Positions 11,486 through 22,083 of a stretch of DNA of 64,000 bases are shown piece by piece. Source of the DNA: an uncultured Planctomycetota bacterium (GTDB lineage: Bacteria > Planctomycetota > Planctomycetia > Isosphaerales > Isosphaeraceae). Positions within the stretch are counted from its first letter, which is position 1; every line of letters begins with the position of its first letter. The notes under the pieces were generated by a model. It was not told where the DNA came from. It saw only the letters and a list, made by a program, of their open reading frames with translations, and ran no database searches. The position numbers were made by a program, and so were the translations under genes. Location of the stretch: positions 96,001 through 160,000 of the forward strand of contig CAWJTV010000039.1 in NCBI GenBank assembly GCA_963845755.1. Direction: 5' to 3'.

Positions 11486-12286
11486 TTGGATGCCCACCTT
11501 CGAGACATTTACGAAGCAGACATTGACGGCCCGGGGGACCTGTCGCTCAAAAAAGACGCTCCCACGACGCGTGCGCCCTGGTTGCTTGTCGGCATTGCGC
11601 TCATAAGCTTGGGGTGGGCTGCTACGTCGATCTTTCTGTTCATCCAGGCGGAGCAAGTACGACGTCCGACAGCTCACCTCCTGAGCACCCCGGATGAGTT
11701 CGACCACCCCGTGCGGCCGTCGGCCGTTAGACCACTGTTCGCTGACATACCTGCCCCGGTTCGGAGGAAAGGGTTGCCAGGGTCTGAGGTCAGCCTCGCT
11801 TCCGACGTGAGAGCAGCCGAAGAGCGAGGCGGCGACGCTCTATGGACATCCCACGAGGCGTTCGGCGTTCACCCCACGAGATCGCAGACATCGACTTCGG
11901 ATGGCTTGAAGCGGCAGGTCTGCCCCGGTCGGGAAATCGACGGCTGGTTGATGAAGGTGAACTGGTCGATCCTGCGCGGAGCCGGAAGCTCCAAGTACAA
12001 CTACACTGGACATCCCGAAGTCTACGAGCTAACCCTACGTTTTCCCGAGGATCTTGCGGGCTCCGAGGTCTGGCTCTGGGGTCACAACTACGACTTCGGG
12101 GCTAGGAAGTTCACGTGCCCCAACCAGAAGTTCGAGGGCGTCAAGGACGGGGATTGGGTGAGGGTGTTCGGCGTCCTGCGGACGACGTCCCGGATGGAAT
12201 GGGACCGAACGAAAACCGGTGAGTTGCTTTCTCTGGGCGAGATGATCATTTCAGACATACGGATAGTGGATGCAATAAAGGAGTAG
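11486..12286 (+). CDS. Hypothetical single-TM protein, possible C-terminal OB-like domain (cassette 3)
   Basis: AGGAG RBS then TTG; TM segment WLLVGIALISLGWAATSIFLF; GVKDGDWVRVFGVL. Confidence 0.65.
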   Translation: MDAHLRDIYEADIDGPGDLSLKKDAPTTRAPWLLVGIALISLGWAATSIFLFIQAEQVRRPTAHLLSTPDEFDHPVRPSAVRPLFADIPAPVRRKGLPGSEVSLASDVRAAEERGGDALWTSHEAFGVHPTRSQTSTSDGLKRQVCPGREIDGWLMKVNWSILRGAGSSKYNYTGHPEVYELTLRFPEDLAGSEVWLWGHNYDFGARKFTCPNQKFEGVKDGDWVRVFGVLRTTSRMEWDRTKTGELLSLGEMIISDIRIVDAIKE

Positions 12287-12307
12287 ACCCAGGACGACGA
12301 CGCGTAG

Positions 12308-12341
12308 GTGGCACGTCTGATCTATAGTTGGTGCGGACAGG
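12308..12341. other. Putative recombination site D
   Basis: gtggcacgtctgatct-at-agttggtgcggacagg. Confidence 0.65.
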
Positions 12342-12511
12342 TGGGCGCGGGACCATCCAGGACGTGGAAAGAGTGATCCAGCTCATAGATGATATCATGA
12401 GGGAGAACCATGTCACCCTGTCTTCGGATACTAGCAGGGATCGGTCAAATCTCTTCTACATGTTAAATTGTTTCGATTTTGGTAATGGGTGCGCTTTAGG
12501 AGGACCCCAGG

Positions 12512-13760
12512 ATGTGGCGAGTCGTTTCGGTCTTTCTGCTCTTCGGAAGCGCCTCGTTGGCACTCTGGGCTCGCGACGAACCACCGCCGGGACCCAGAAC
12601 GCCGCCGGAGCAGTATCGGGCGCTGGTCGGGGAACACCAGGAGGCGGAGCGCCAGTTCTGGGGAACTTATCGGAAGATCAAGGCGCCCGTCGAACGGCGA
12701 AAGTTCTTCGCAGAGCGGTTTCCCCAACCTGGGCAGTACATCTCTCGGTTCCTCGAGATCGCCCGATCGGCCCCCGAGGACCAGGCGGCCGTCGATTCCC
12801 TCATCTGGATCGTGAAGAACGGCGGTTGCGACCCGGAGGTCAACCGAGCGGCCGAGCGGCTCGCGACTAATCATGCCAGCAACAAGAGGCTGGGCATGAT
12901 CGCCCCGAGACTGGTCCCCAACCTCGTTTATTCGCTCTCACCGTCGGCGGAGAAACTGCTCCGTGCGATCATTGCACAGAACCCGGACCGGGTCGCCCAG
13001 GGCCAGACCTGCATGGCTCTGGGCGAGTACCTCAAACGCGAATCCGAACTGGTCCTGCGCCCTGAAGGGAGATACCCAGCAGGCCCGGCAATTACAGTCG
13101 TATTACAAGATGTACGGTGCCGACGAGGCATCATTCCGGTCTGTCCGGGCATGGAATCCCGACGACTTGGCCAGGCAATCCGAAGCGATGTTCGTGCGAG
13201 CCGCAAAGAGGTACGCCGATGTGAGCGATTTCCTCCGCATCGTGGACATGGGAGCCCATGCCAAACTATTTGCAAATCCCAACCTGGGCATCGGCAAGCC
13301 GGCTCCCGAAATCATCGGTGAGGATATCGAGGGCAACCCGTTCAAGCTCAGCGACCTCAAGGGCAGGGTGATCGTGCTCCTCTTCTGGGGTGATTGGAAC
13401 GGGCCGAGCCGGACCTTGTACCCGCTCGCGCGGTCCCTGGTGCAGAAGATGGAGCGCAGGCCCTTCGCCCTGCTGGGCATCAATAGCGACAAGGACAAGG
13501 CGAAGCTGAGCCAGAGGATCAAGGACGAGGATATCAACTGGCGCTCGTGGTGGGACGGGGGCAGCGATCATGGGGCGATCGCTGCTGGGTATGGTATCCC
13601 CGGCTGGCCGACCATCTACATTCTCGATCACCACGGCATCATCCGCCACAAGTTCCTCGGCCCCCCGGATGACGAGACCTTCGATCTCGAGAAGGTCATC
13701 GACGAACTGACGACCGCGGCAATCACGGAGGCCCGTTCGCCCAGGCCGACTACGAAATGA
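12512..13760 (+). CDS. Secreted TlpA/redoxin-fold protein with degenerate active site (cassette 4; frameshift near 13058)
   Basis: AGGAGG RBS, signal peptide, GKPAPEIIGEDIEGNPFKLSDLKGRVIVLLFWGDWNGPSR...GWPTIYILDHHGIIR. Confidence 0.8.
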
Positions 13761-13822
13761 GTGACGCTCCCCTCCGGGACGACGAGCCTGATCCACCATT
13801 CGGAGGCCGACCTGCTCGACAG

Positions 13823-13856
13823 GCGCAACGCCTGAATCATAGTTGAGACGTGCCAC
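13823..13856. other. Putative recombination site E
   Basis: gcgcaacgcctgaatc-at-agttgagacgtgccac; 13823-13897 is 60/75 identical, ungapped, to 11373-11447. Confidence 0.65.
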
Positions 13857-13938
13857 TCGGGCCTTGGCCCGGCAGCAAAACGCAAAAGGTGATCCAGAGA
13901 TCAGAGATGCCAGACCTCGGTTCGCGGGAGCCTGCGCC

Positions 13939-14437
13939 ATGGGATCGCCCCGACTTGCGATCGCCCTGACGAAATGCCTGTTCTCAGGGTCGGTCGCATT
14001 GCTCCTCATCGGGATCCTCACCGGCCTGCTCACACCGGCACGCGTGCACTTCATCGGTCCGGCCGATCGGAATCTCCACTTCCAAATCGTCGATCAGTCG
14101 CGGGGGGCACCGGTCGCCGGCGCTCGGCGTGGCGCTCGTCCATCCCTACGATCCTGAGCAGCCACCGATCGAGGGCATCACTGATCGGCAAGGCCGGGTC
14201 GAGTTGCGGGGCCGGTTCACACAGTCCGGAGGGGGCGACACCTGGCATGGTTCACGAGTGACGTACTACACCTATGGTCCCTGGTGCGTCACGGTCCGAG
14301 CCGATGGCTACCGGGATTTGCGCCGTGCCTTGGGGGACCATGCCGCCCCGGGGGATACCCCTAATCAGCTGTTGAACCTAAGCGACCCCGCGCCCTCACC
14401 GATCATCATCAAGATGGATCAGCTCGGGAGCCGCTAA
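13939..14437 (+). CDS. Membrane-anchored carboxypeptidase-regulatory-like domain protein (cassette 5; frameshift near 14125)
   Basis: TM segment, then FQIVDQSRGAPVAGA / GITDRQGRVEL...VTVRADGYR. Confidence 0.65.
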
Positions 14438-14469
14438 CACTGAAGCGAGACGCTGTTCGGTGATGCCCG

Positions 14470-14503
14470 GCTGGAAGGGTGATTCATGAACGACACTTTA
14501 CAT
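14470..14503. other. Putative recombination site F (right boundary of cassette array)
   Basis: gctggaagggtgattc-at-gaacgacactttacat; right half is 12/17 inverted-complementary to the left half of site A. Confidence 0.55.
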
Positions 14504-14974
14504 CAGGCGCGACGATGACCCATCAGGAAAGCGGTGGCGGGCTTGGCCCGCGCTGGTGATGAGTCTCGGGGGAGACGAGTCTCCCTCTCCCCAGACCCCC
14601 TCTACCCACTTCCCTGTTCCGCCAGAGAGGCATGCCAGGAATCGCAGAAGCCTTCGAGATGGCCGCTCACATCCCCGTGGAAGAACGGCCGCACGGAAGA
14701 CGGTGGAGCAGTGCCTCATTACCCAGACCTCCTCTCTGGTCCGGCGGACCGCTCTCAAGTCGCCAGCCGGAGCCAAACCCACGGGCGACCTGCGTCTCGA
14801 ATGGAACTCCCATGCATGCCGTCATCACGCCCCACGGCCCATGACTTTCAAAGGTACATCTTCCCGTTGCCGCGGAGATCGACGTATCGACCGATCGAAA
14901 ATCGAGTTGACCTGCGGCGCGGTCGCCCAGTAGATTAGTCGGGACAACTGCAAATTTTTGCAGAACCAGAATAC

Positions 14975-15388
14975 TTGAGCCATCCGGCCAGATCCGCCCG
15001 ATCGTCATGGCAGTCAAACCTGAATAGTCCCATAATGGTTGCGCTCGTCCTCAGTTTCGGCCTCGTCATTTCCGCCAGCTCGGGACGGCCCTCCATCGCC
15101 CTACCTCTCGATCCAGGGCCGCCCGCCCTCTCCGCGGATGAGATCGTCCTGGTGGGAATGCATTCCCCGATGGATCACGGTCTTCCGAGGCCCCTGACCC
15201 GCGACGGCTTGACCGAAGCGGATGCGGAAGAGGAAGACGACGAGATGGTCGCCCTCCGTCGCGTACTCACCTCATCGGTCCTGAATCTGGCCGTCAAGGT
15301 CCGGCGACAGGACCAGCCCACCGCCTCGCACGACTCGGGAGACGGTCTTCTCCACGAACTGCACTACTCCTGGCAGCTCCTCTGTTGA
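14975..15388 (+). CDS. Hypothetical protein
   Basis: Hydrophobic N-terminal region and acidic EEEDDE tract; no family recognised. Confidence 0.35.
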   Translation: MSHPARSARSSWQSNLNSPIMVALVLSFGLVISASSGRPSIALPLDPGPPALSADEIVLVGMHSPMDHGLPRPLTRDGLTEADAEEEDDEMVALRRVLTSSVLNLAVKVRRQDQPTASHDSGDGLLHELHYSWQLLC

Positions 15389-15747
15389 GTCCGGACCGGA
15401 CTGCGCACTCACCACAATGTTCCCTGTCCCAGCGCCGGGATCGGGGCAAGGTGCCGAGGGGTTGCGAGGTCGCGCGCCGTTGTGAATCATCAGGAGTGGG
15501 GCGCCCGCCGGACGAGTCGTCCCCTCCCGCGAGTCTCTGAAAGAAGCTCAGACGACGGAACTCCACAGGGCGCGAATGCGAACGGCTGGCGGGTTGACGG
15601 GCGGTCTTCTCGTTAAACGGTCGCGTCTCGATGGTGCCGCGCGGGACGAATCCGCCGACTCGAGACCGGCCGATCCCGTTTGGAAGAGCAAAGGCCGCGT
15701 GGAATCCATCCCCAGATCCGATGACTATCGATCAGGAGTAACCTGGT

Positions 15748-17319
15748 ATGAGTGCCGGACGAATTCCGAGGCTCGCCTTGTCCTTCCTCGTGGCCGCGTT
15801 GATCGTCTCCGTCCCGATCTGGGCGCAGGAAATTAAGGGAACCATCAAGTCAGTCGATCCAGCCACGTCCCAGATGGTCATCGAGGATGAGCATTCGAAA
15901 ACCGAAACGACTGTGAACCTCGGTGCCCTGGTCAAGGCCGGTCTGGGAAAGAACGTCAATCTCAAGACTCTCAAACCGGGAGCGAGGGTGGCCGTCACCA
16001 CGGGGGTCGTGGCGTCCAGGGTGGCGATCGAGGAAAGCGAATCGTCCGAGGTCGCGCCGCAGATGACGATCCTCGAGGAGTTCTGGTACAACTTCCGTCA
16101 TAACCTCTTCAAACCGCTGCTGCTCTTCTTCTATCTCGGGTTCCTGGTCCCGATCCTTAAAGTGAAATTTGAGTTCCCCTATGTGATGTACCAGGCACTC
16201 ACGATCTACCTGCTGCTGGCCATCGGCTGGCACGGGGGAGAGGAGCTCGCCTTCCTGAAACTGAGCGACGTCGGCAGGATTGTCGGGTTCATGTGCGTGG
16301 GCTTCGTCCTGAACTTCTTCATCGGGGTCGCCTCATATCTCATGCTCCGGGCTGCCACCCGGATGAGGCACATCGACCAGGCGACAGTGGCCGGCTACTA
16401 CGGGTCGGATTCGGCGGGCACGTTCGTGACGTGCATCGGTGTGCTGGCGACGGCCCACATCGTCTACGACGCCTATATGCCCGTCATGCTGGCTCTGATG
16501 GAGATCCCCGGCTGCCTGGTGGCGCTGTACCTGGTGGCCCGGCTGCGCGAGAAGGGAATGGACGCGTTCGGGAACATGCCGGACGAGCCGGGATATGACC
16601 CGATGGCCAAGGCGCCGGCTCTGGCGGGCGAGCATGGTCACGGAGACCACCCCGAGACCAAACGCGAGCGGGACATCGAGCAAGAACTCGAGATGTCGCT
16701 GGAGAAGCGGGAGCATCCCGAGCGGGACGGAAATGGCAATGGCAACGGCAATGGCAATAGCATCATCAATGGCAGGAAGAAGTCCCTGATCGACGGCAAG
16801 TTCCTTCATGAGGTCTTCCTCAACACGGGCCTGTATCTGCTGTTCGGGGGGATCATCATCGGCCTGATCAGCGGCTTGCAGGGAGAACAGGTGACCCGGC
16901 CCGACGACCAGTTCTTCGTGACCTTATTCCAGGGCGTGCTTTGCCTGTTCCTGCTCGAGATGGGGATGACCGCATCGCGCAAACTCAAGGACCTGAAATC
17001 CGGTGGTACCGGATACATCGCATTCGGATTGCTTGCGCCCAACCTGTTCGCGACCATCGGGATCGTCGTCGCCCACACTTATGCGTACATGACCGGCACG
17101 CACTTCCAGCCGGGGTCCTACATCTTGTTCGCGGTGCTCTGCGGCGCGGCGTCGTACATTGCGGTCCCCGCGGTCCAGCGGATGGCCATCCCCGAGGCCA
17201 GCCCATCCTTGCCACTGGCGGCGTCGCTGGGATTGACCTTCTCGTATAACGTGACGATCGGTATCCCAATCTACATCGAGATCGCCAAGGTCGTAACCCG
17301 GACGTTTCCCATCGCCTGA
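15748..17319 (+). CDS. sbtA: Sodium-dependent bicarbonate transport family permease (SbtA-like) with N-terminal extension
   Basis: IYLLLAIGWHGG, AGYYGSDSAGTF, FLLEMGMTA, ASYIAVPA, SLGLTFSYNVTIGIPIY motifs of the Sbt_1 family. Confidence 0.9.
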   Translation: MSAGRIPRLALSFLVAALIVSVPIWAQEIKGTIKSVDPATSQMVIEDEHSKTETTVNLGALVKAGLGKNVNLKTLKPGARVAVTTGVVASRVAIEESESSEVAPQMTILEEFWYNFRHNLFKPLLLFFYLGFLVPILKVKFEFPYVMYQALTIYLLLAIGWHGGEELAFLKLSDVGRIVGFMCVGFVLNFFIGVASYLMLRAATRMRHIDQATVAGYYGSDSAGTFVTCIGVLATAHIVYDAYMPVMLALMEIPGCLVALYLVARLREKGMDAFGNMPDEPGYDPMAKAPALAGEHGHGDHPETKRERDIEQELEMSLEKREHPERDGNGNGNGNGNSIINGRKKSLIDGKFLHEVFLNTGLYLLFGGIIIGLISGLQGEQVTRPDDQFFVTLFQGVLCLFLLEMGMTASRKLKDLKSGGTGYIAFGLLAPNLFATIGIVVAHTYAYMTGTHFQPGSYILFAVLCGAASYIAVPAVQRMAIPEASPSLPLAASLGLTFSYNVTIGIPIYIEIAKVVTRTFPIA

Positions 17320-17561
17320 CCGGCCCCGATCTCGTCGTCGGGGCCCTGTCGCGGCACGATCCACCAGGTATCGATGGAACTGTCTTTGCAGCCAGCTAGT
17401 GTGACTTCCGGGATGCCGAGTCGGCACCCGGGAAAGGCCGAACACGCAATGGCCCCAGCGGGGCACGTCTGTCGGTGATGAGACGGCCACTCTCCCCGCC
17501 CGGGTGCCGATTGCAGACCCTGCCGGGCGGGCCTTTTCTTCTTACGAGCCGATCGATCCCC

Positions 17562-20500
17562 ATGAAAACGTCCGTAGCTCCCGAAAGCGCCCGCCCGCGT
17601 GTGGAGAAACCGAGTCCGGACGTCGAGCAGTTGGCCGCGATGATCGAACGCACGGCCCACCTCCTGCCCGCGCAGGGGCCGATCACCGTCTTCATCCACC
17701 ACAACACCCTGCACGCCTTCGAAGACCTGCCGTTCCATGAGGCGCTCAAGGAAGCCGCCCGGGTCTTCGGCTGCCAGATGTACCTGAGCGAGGACCGCTA
17801 TCGCGAGGAGCTGCGGCGGGGCCGGATCCGATTCGCGGAATTGCAGGAGGTGCTGGAGCAAGACCTGGGGGAAGGTGCGCGACGGCCGATCCCCGGCTTC
17901 GGGACGCGGCTCGAGCTGCGGCTGGCGATGCTCCAGTATCCGCTGCGGATCGGCCCGACGGAGGAACTGCTCTGGCACGTGGCCGAGGCCGACGCCCTGC
18001 GTCGGGTGCGGCCGGAGGTCTCTTCGGCCATCCGCGCACGCCTGATCGCCGAGACGCGTCGATGGGTGATGCGCGACCTGCGGGGCGGCAACGAACGCAC
18101 TCACGGCTCGCCCCATGCTCCGGCCCGGCAGCCGGTCCCCACCAGCCTGGCCAAGCTGCTCGTCCGGTTCGGCGAGTCGCGGATCGAGAACTGGAGCGAC
18201 GACGATTGGGAATCGTTCACGCTCCAGGCGTTGTGGCGGATCTGCCGCGACGGGGTCCGGGACCTGCCTCCCTACACGCCGGCGCCCGCGTCCGCCGTGA
18301 GGCATCGGGACCTGCTGCTGGAAGCCACCGGCGAGGATGCCGACGCCCTGGTCCATGCCGTGCTCATCCGGTTCTGCACGGCATTCCTCGACCAGGGTCT
18401 GGCGGCCTGGCCGCTGCCGCATCGGTCGGAGGGCTTCTATCGCGCGTTCTGCAAGCTGTACCGGCAGCCCGGTGGGCCGCCCGACCGCTGGCTGCGCGGG
18501 CCTCGCCGTGGAGCTGAAGCGGCTGGAAGAGCAGGGGATCAGCCCCCTGGAGTCGATCCGCGAGTCCCTGGAGGCCCTGGGCGTGGACCGGCAGGAGTGG
18601 GAGCCGTTCCTCCGCGCCACGTTGCTGGCGCTCCGCGGCTGGGGCGGCATGCTCGAGCAGATCGAGGTGCGTGGCGACCGGGTCGTGCAGCCGGTGCCGC
18701 GGGGAAGCCTGGTCGAATTCCTGGCGATCCGGCTGCTGCTCGACCGGTTCGCCCTGGCCGACACGGCGCGCGAGGCCCTGGGGTTCACCGGCCCCCTCTC
18801 CATGCTGCGGGGCCTTGCGTCGTACTGGCCACCCAGCGTCGAGCAGCGGCGCGTTCGTCGTCTTCCAACTGGCCCAGGTCCACGGGCTCTCGCCCGACGT
18901 GCTCCATCGGCTGAGCCGGTCCGAATGGGCGGCGGTGCTCGAGGAGATCGAAGCCTTCACCGCGATGGAGCGTCGACGGGTCTTCCACCTGGCCTACGAA
19001 CGGCGATTCTACACGCAGACCCTCGACGCCATCTCCCTCCACGCCCGGAAGCCAATCGACACGCCGGCGCAGCCGCGGTTCCAGGCGATCTTCTGCCTCG
19101 ACGAGCGCGAGGAGTCGATCCGTCGACACATCGAGGAGCTGGCCCCGGACGCCGAGACGCTCAGCACGGCGGGCTTCTTCTCGATCGCCATGTACTTCCG
19201 CGGGGTGGCCGATGCGCACTTCGTCCCGCTCTGCCCGGCGGTCATGCGACCGCGGCACTGGGTCGTCGAGCGGGTGATCGACCGCCTCGAGCTCGATAGC
19301 CGCCGCCGCGCCCGGACGCGACGCGTGCTGGGGATCGCCTCCCACCGCTTCCACACCGGCAGCCGCTCCTTGACCGTCGGTGCGGTGCTCGCGGCCGCGG
19401 TCGGCGTCCTGGCCTCGATCCCGCTGGTCGCCCGCACCCTCTTCCCGCGGCTGACCTCGCAGATCCGCCGGCGGTTCGGCACCTTCGTCATCCTCCCCAC
19501 CGCTGACCCGCTTGCAGTTGGAGCGGGCCGACCCGACCTCCGGACCCGAGGACGGGCATCTGGGCTTCACGCTCGACGAGATGACCGGCCATCGCGGAGA
19601 CGGTGCTCCGGGAGCTCGGCCTGACCTCGCGGTTCTCCCGGCTCGTACTGCTCCACGGCCACGGCTCGACCAGCATGAACAATCCCCACGAGTCGGCGCA
19701 CGACTGCGGCGCCTGCGGCGGGGCGCGGGGCGGGCCCAACGCCCGTGCCCTGGCCCAGATCCTCAACGACCCGCGCGTCCGGGAGCGGTTGTCCGACCGC
19801 GGGCTCGCGATCCCGAGGGAGACGATCTTCGTCGGCGGCATGCACAACACCAGCAGCGAGACAGTGACCTTCTACGACCTGGATCTGATCCCCGAGTCGC
19901 ACCGCCGGGAGTTCGAATCGGCCCGGGCGATCATCGAGGAGGCCTGCGACCGGAACGCCCACGAGCGTTGCCGGCGGTTCCGATCCGCCCCGCTGACGCT
20001 CTCCTTCCAGGGCGCCCGCCAGCACGTGGAGGGACGCGCCGAGGACCTGGCCCAGGTGCGGCCCGAATGGGGGCACGCCACAAACGCCATCACGATCGTC
20101 GGCCGGCGGGATTGGACCCGCGGCCTGTTCCTGGATCGCCGCGCGTTCCTGACCTCGTACGACCCCACCCAGGACGACGCCGAGAGCTCGATCCTGACCC
20201 GCATCCTCTCGGCCGTCTTCCCCGTCTGCGCCGGGATCAACCTCGAATACTACTTCTCGTACGTCGACAACTACGGCTGGGGATGCGGCACCAAGCTCCC
20301 CCATAACATCGCCTCGCTGCTGGGGGTCATGGACGGCTACATGAGCGACCTGCGGACCGGCCTGCCCTGGCAGATGGTCGAGATCCACGAGCCGGTGCGA
20401 TCGCTCTTCATCATCGAGACGACGGCCGAGTCGATGCTGCGCATCATCGAGCGGAACGAGGGGATCCGCCGCCTCTGCTCCCACGGCTGGATCATCCTCA

Positions 20501-20695
20501 CGCTGATCCATCCGGAAACGAAAGCGGTCAGCCTGTACGAGGACGGTCGGTTCCAGACCTACCAGCCTCAGGCCACGGTGCTGCCCCGGGCCGCGTCCTC
20601 CGTTCGACTGGTATCGCGGCTGGCGGGATCACCTGGAGTTCGCGGAGATCGAGCCCGAAGGCCCCTCGGATCGGGGAGGATGCGATGTCTCATGA
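17562..20695 (+). CDS. dabA: DUF2309 / DabA inorganic carbon transporter subunit (several frameshifts)
   Basis: [41 protein letters not shown]...[36 protein letters not shown]. Confidence 0.9.
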
Positions 20696-22083
20696 GCCGT
20701 CCTGGCTGACGTTCCTCGGCGTCGTCGTCGTCGCGGCGCCGCTTGCTCCTGACGCTGTCTGCTCGGCGTCTCCTCGCTGCTGGATCGGAAACTCGCCGAG
20801 GACACGACGACGCGAGCGGTCCAGGTCGCCGTGATCTCCGGGCTGACTCGCCGCGGTCGCGGTCCTGATCGCGATGCTCGCGCTGGGGACGCGGCACGTG
20901 ACGATCAGCCTGGGGAATTGGGTGGCGATCCCCCGCCACTACCACTTCTCGATCAAGCTCCTCTTCGACCGGCTGTCGGTCCCGATGGCCATCCTGTCGT
21001 TCATCCTGGCGGGCACGATCGGCGCATTCGCCAGCAAGTACCTCCATCGCGAACGGGGCTTCAATCGCTTCTTCGTGCTCTACGCGCTATTCCTGCTGGG
21101 CATGGTGGTCGCCTCGCTGGCCGGTACGATCGAGACTCTGTTCACCGGCTGGGAGCTGGTCGGGCTCTCCTCGGCACTGCTGGTCGCCTATTTCCAGGAA
21201 CGTCCGGCCCCGGCGCGGAACGGCCTGTGGGTCTGGACGAACTACCGGATCTCGGACGCGGCGCTGCTGCTGGCCTGCGGTGGCCATGCACCACCTGCGC
21301 GGCGAGGGCGACTTCGACGCGCTGCTCGGTGCGGCACCCTGGCCCGAGGCCCACGCGAACCTGCCCGCGTACCAGGCCTTCGTGGTCGGCATGCTGCTCC
21401 TGGTCGCGGCGGCCGGTAAATCCGCCTTGATCCCCTTCTCGGGCTGGTTGCCGCGTGCCATGGAAGGCCCGACACCCTCCAGTGCCGTCTTCTACGGAGC
21501 CCTCTCCGTCCACCTGGGGACGTTCTTGCTGCTCCGGATCAGCCCTCTCCTCGAACGTCTCCGCGTGGCTCTCGGCCATGGTCGTGGCCATCGGGCTGAC
21601 CACCGCCGATGTTCGCCTACCTGGCGGGGAGCGTCCAGGCGGACATCAAGTCGGCGCTGTCGTATGCGTCGCTCACCCAGGTCGGGATCATCACCGTCGA
21701 GGTTGGCCTGGGCTTTCGCTACGTGGCGCTGATCCACCTGCTGGGCCACGCCTGCCTGCGTGCGCTGCAATTCCTGCGGGCACCGACGCTGCTCCACGAT
21801 TATCACACGCTGCGAGAACGCCATCGGCGACCACTTGCCGGCGGCCGGGGTCGCCTGGGTCCGCCTGCCCGCGCAGCGCGCCGGCAACTGGCTCTATCGC
21901 CTGGCCATCCAGCAGGGCTATCTTGATGCGTTCTTGTCGGATTATCTCGTCGGGCCGTTCGTACGGCTCTTTCGCTGGTTCGACAGGCTTGAGCGGCGAT
22001 GGACCGACTTCCTCGCGGGAGAGGCGTCGCGCGAGTCGGACCAGGTCAAGCCGCACTTTGGAACGATCGAAGAATTCGCATGA
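20685..22083 (+). CDS. dabB: Proton-conducting membrane transporter (NuoL-like, DabB), frameshifted
   Basis: [52 protein letters not shown]. Confidence 0.85.

Noticed and set aside
12441..12468. XerD-arm-like acatgttaaat
   Set aside because: No XerC-like arm at the proper spacing.
10332..14503. Canonical integron (attC array / CALIN)
   Set aside because: No RYYYAAC...GTTRRRY-bounded stem upstream of the GTT and no intI in the window; conservation is symmetric about a central AT and extends downstream.
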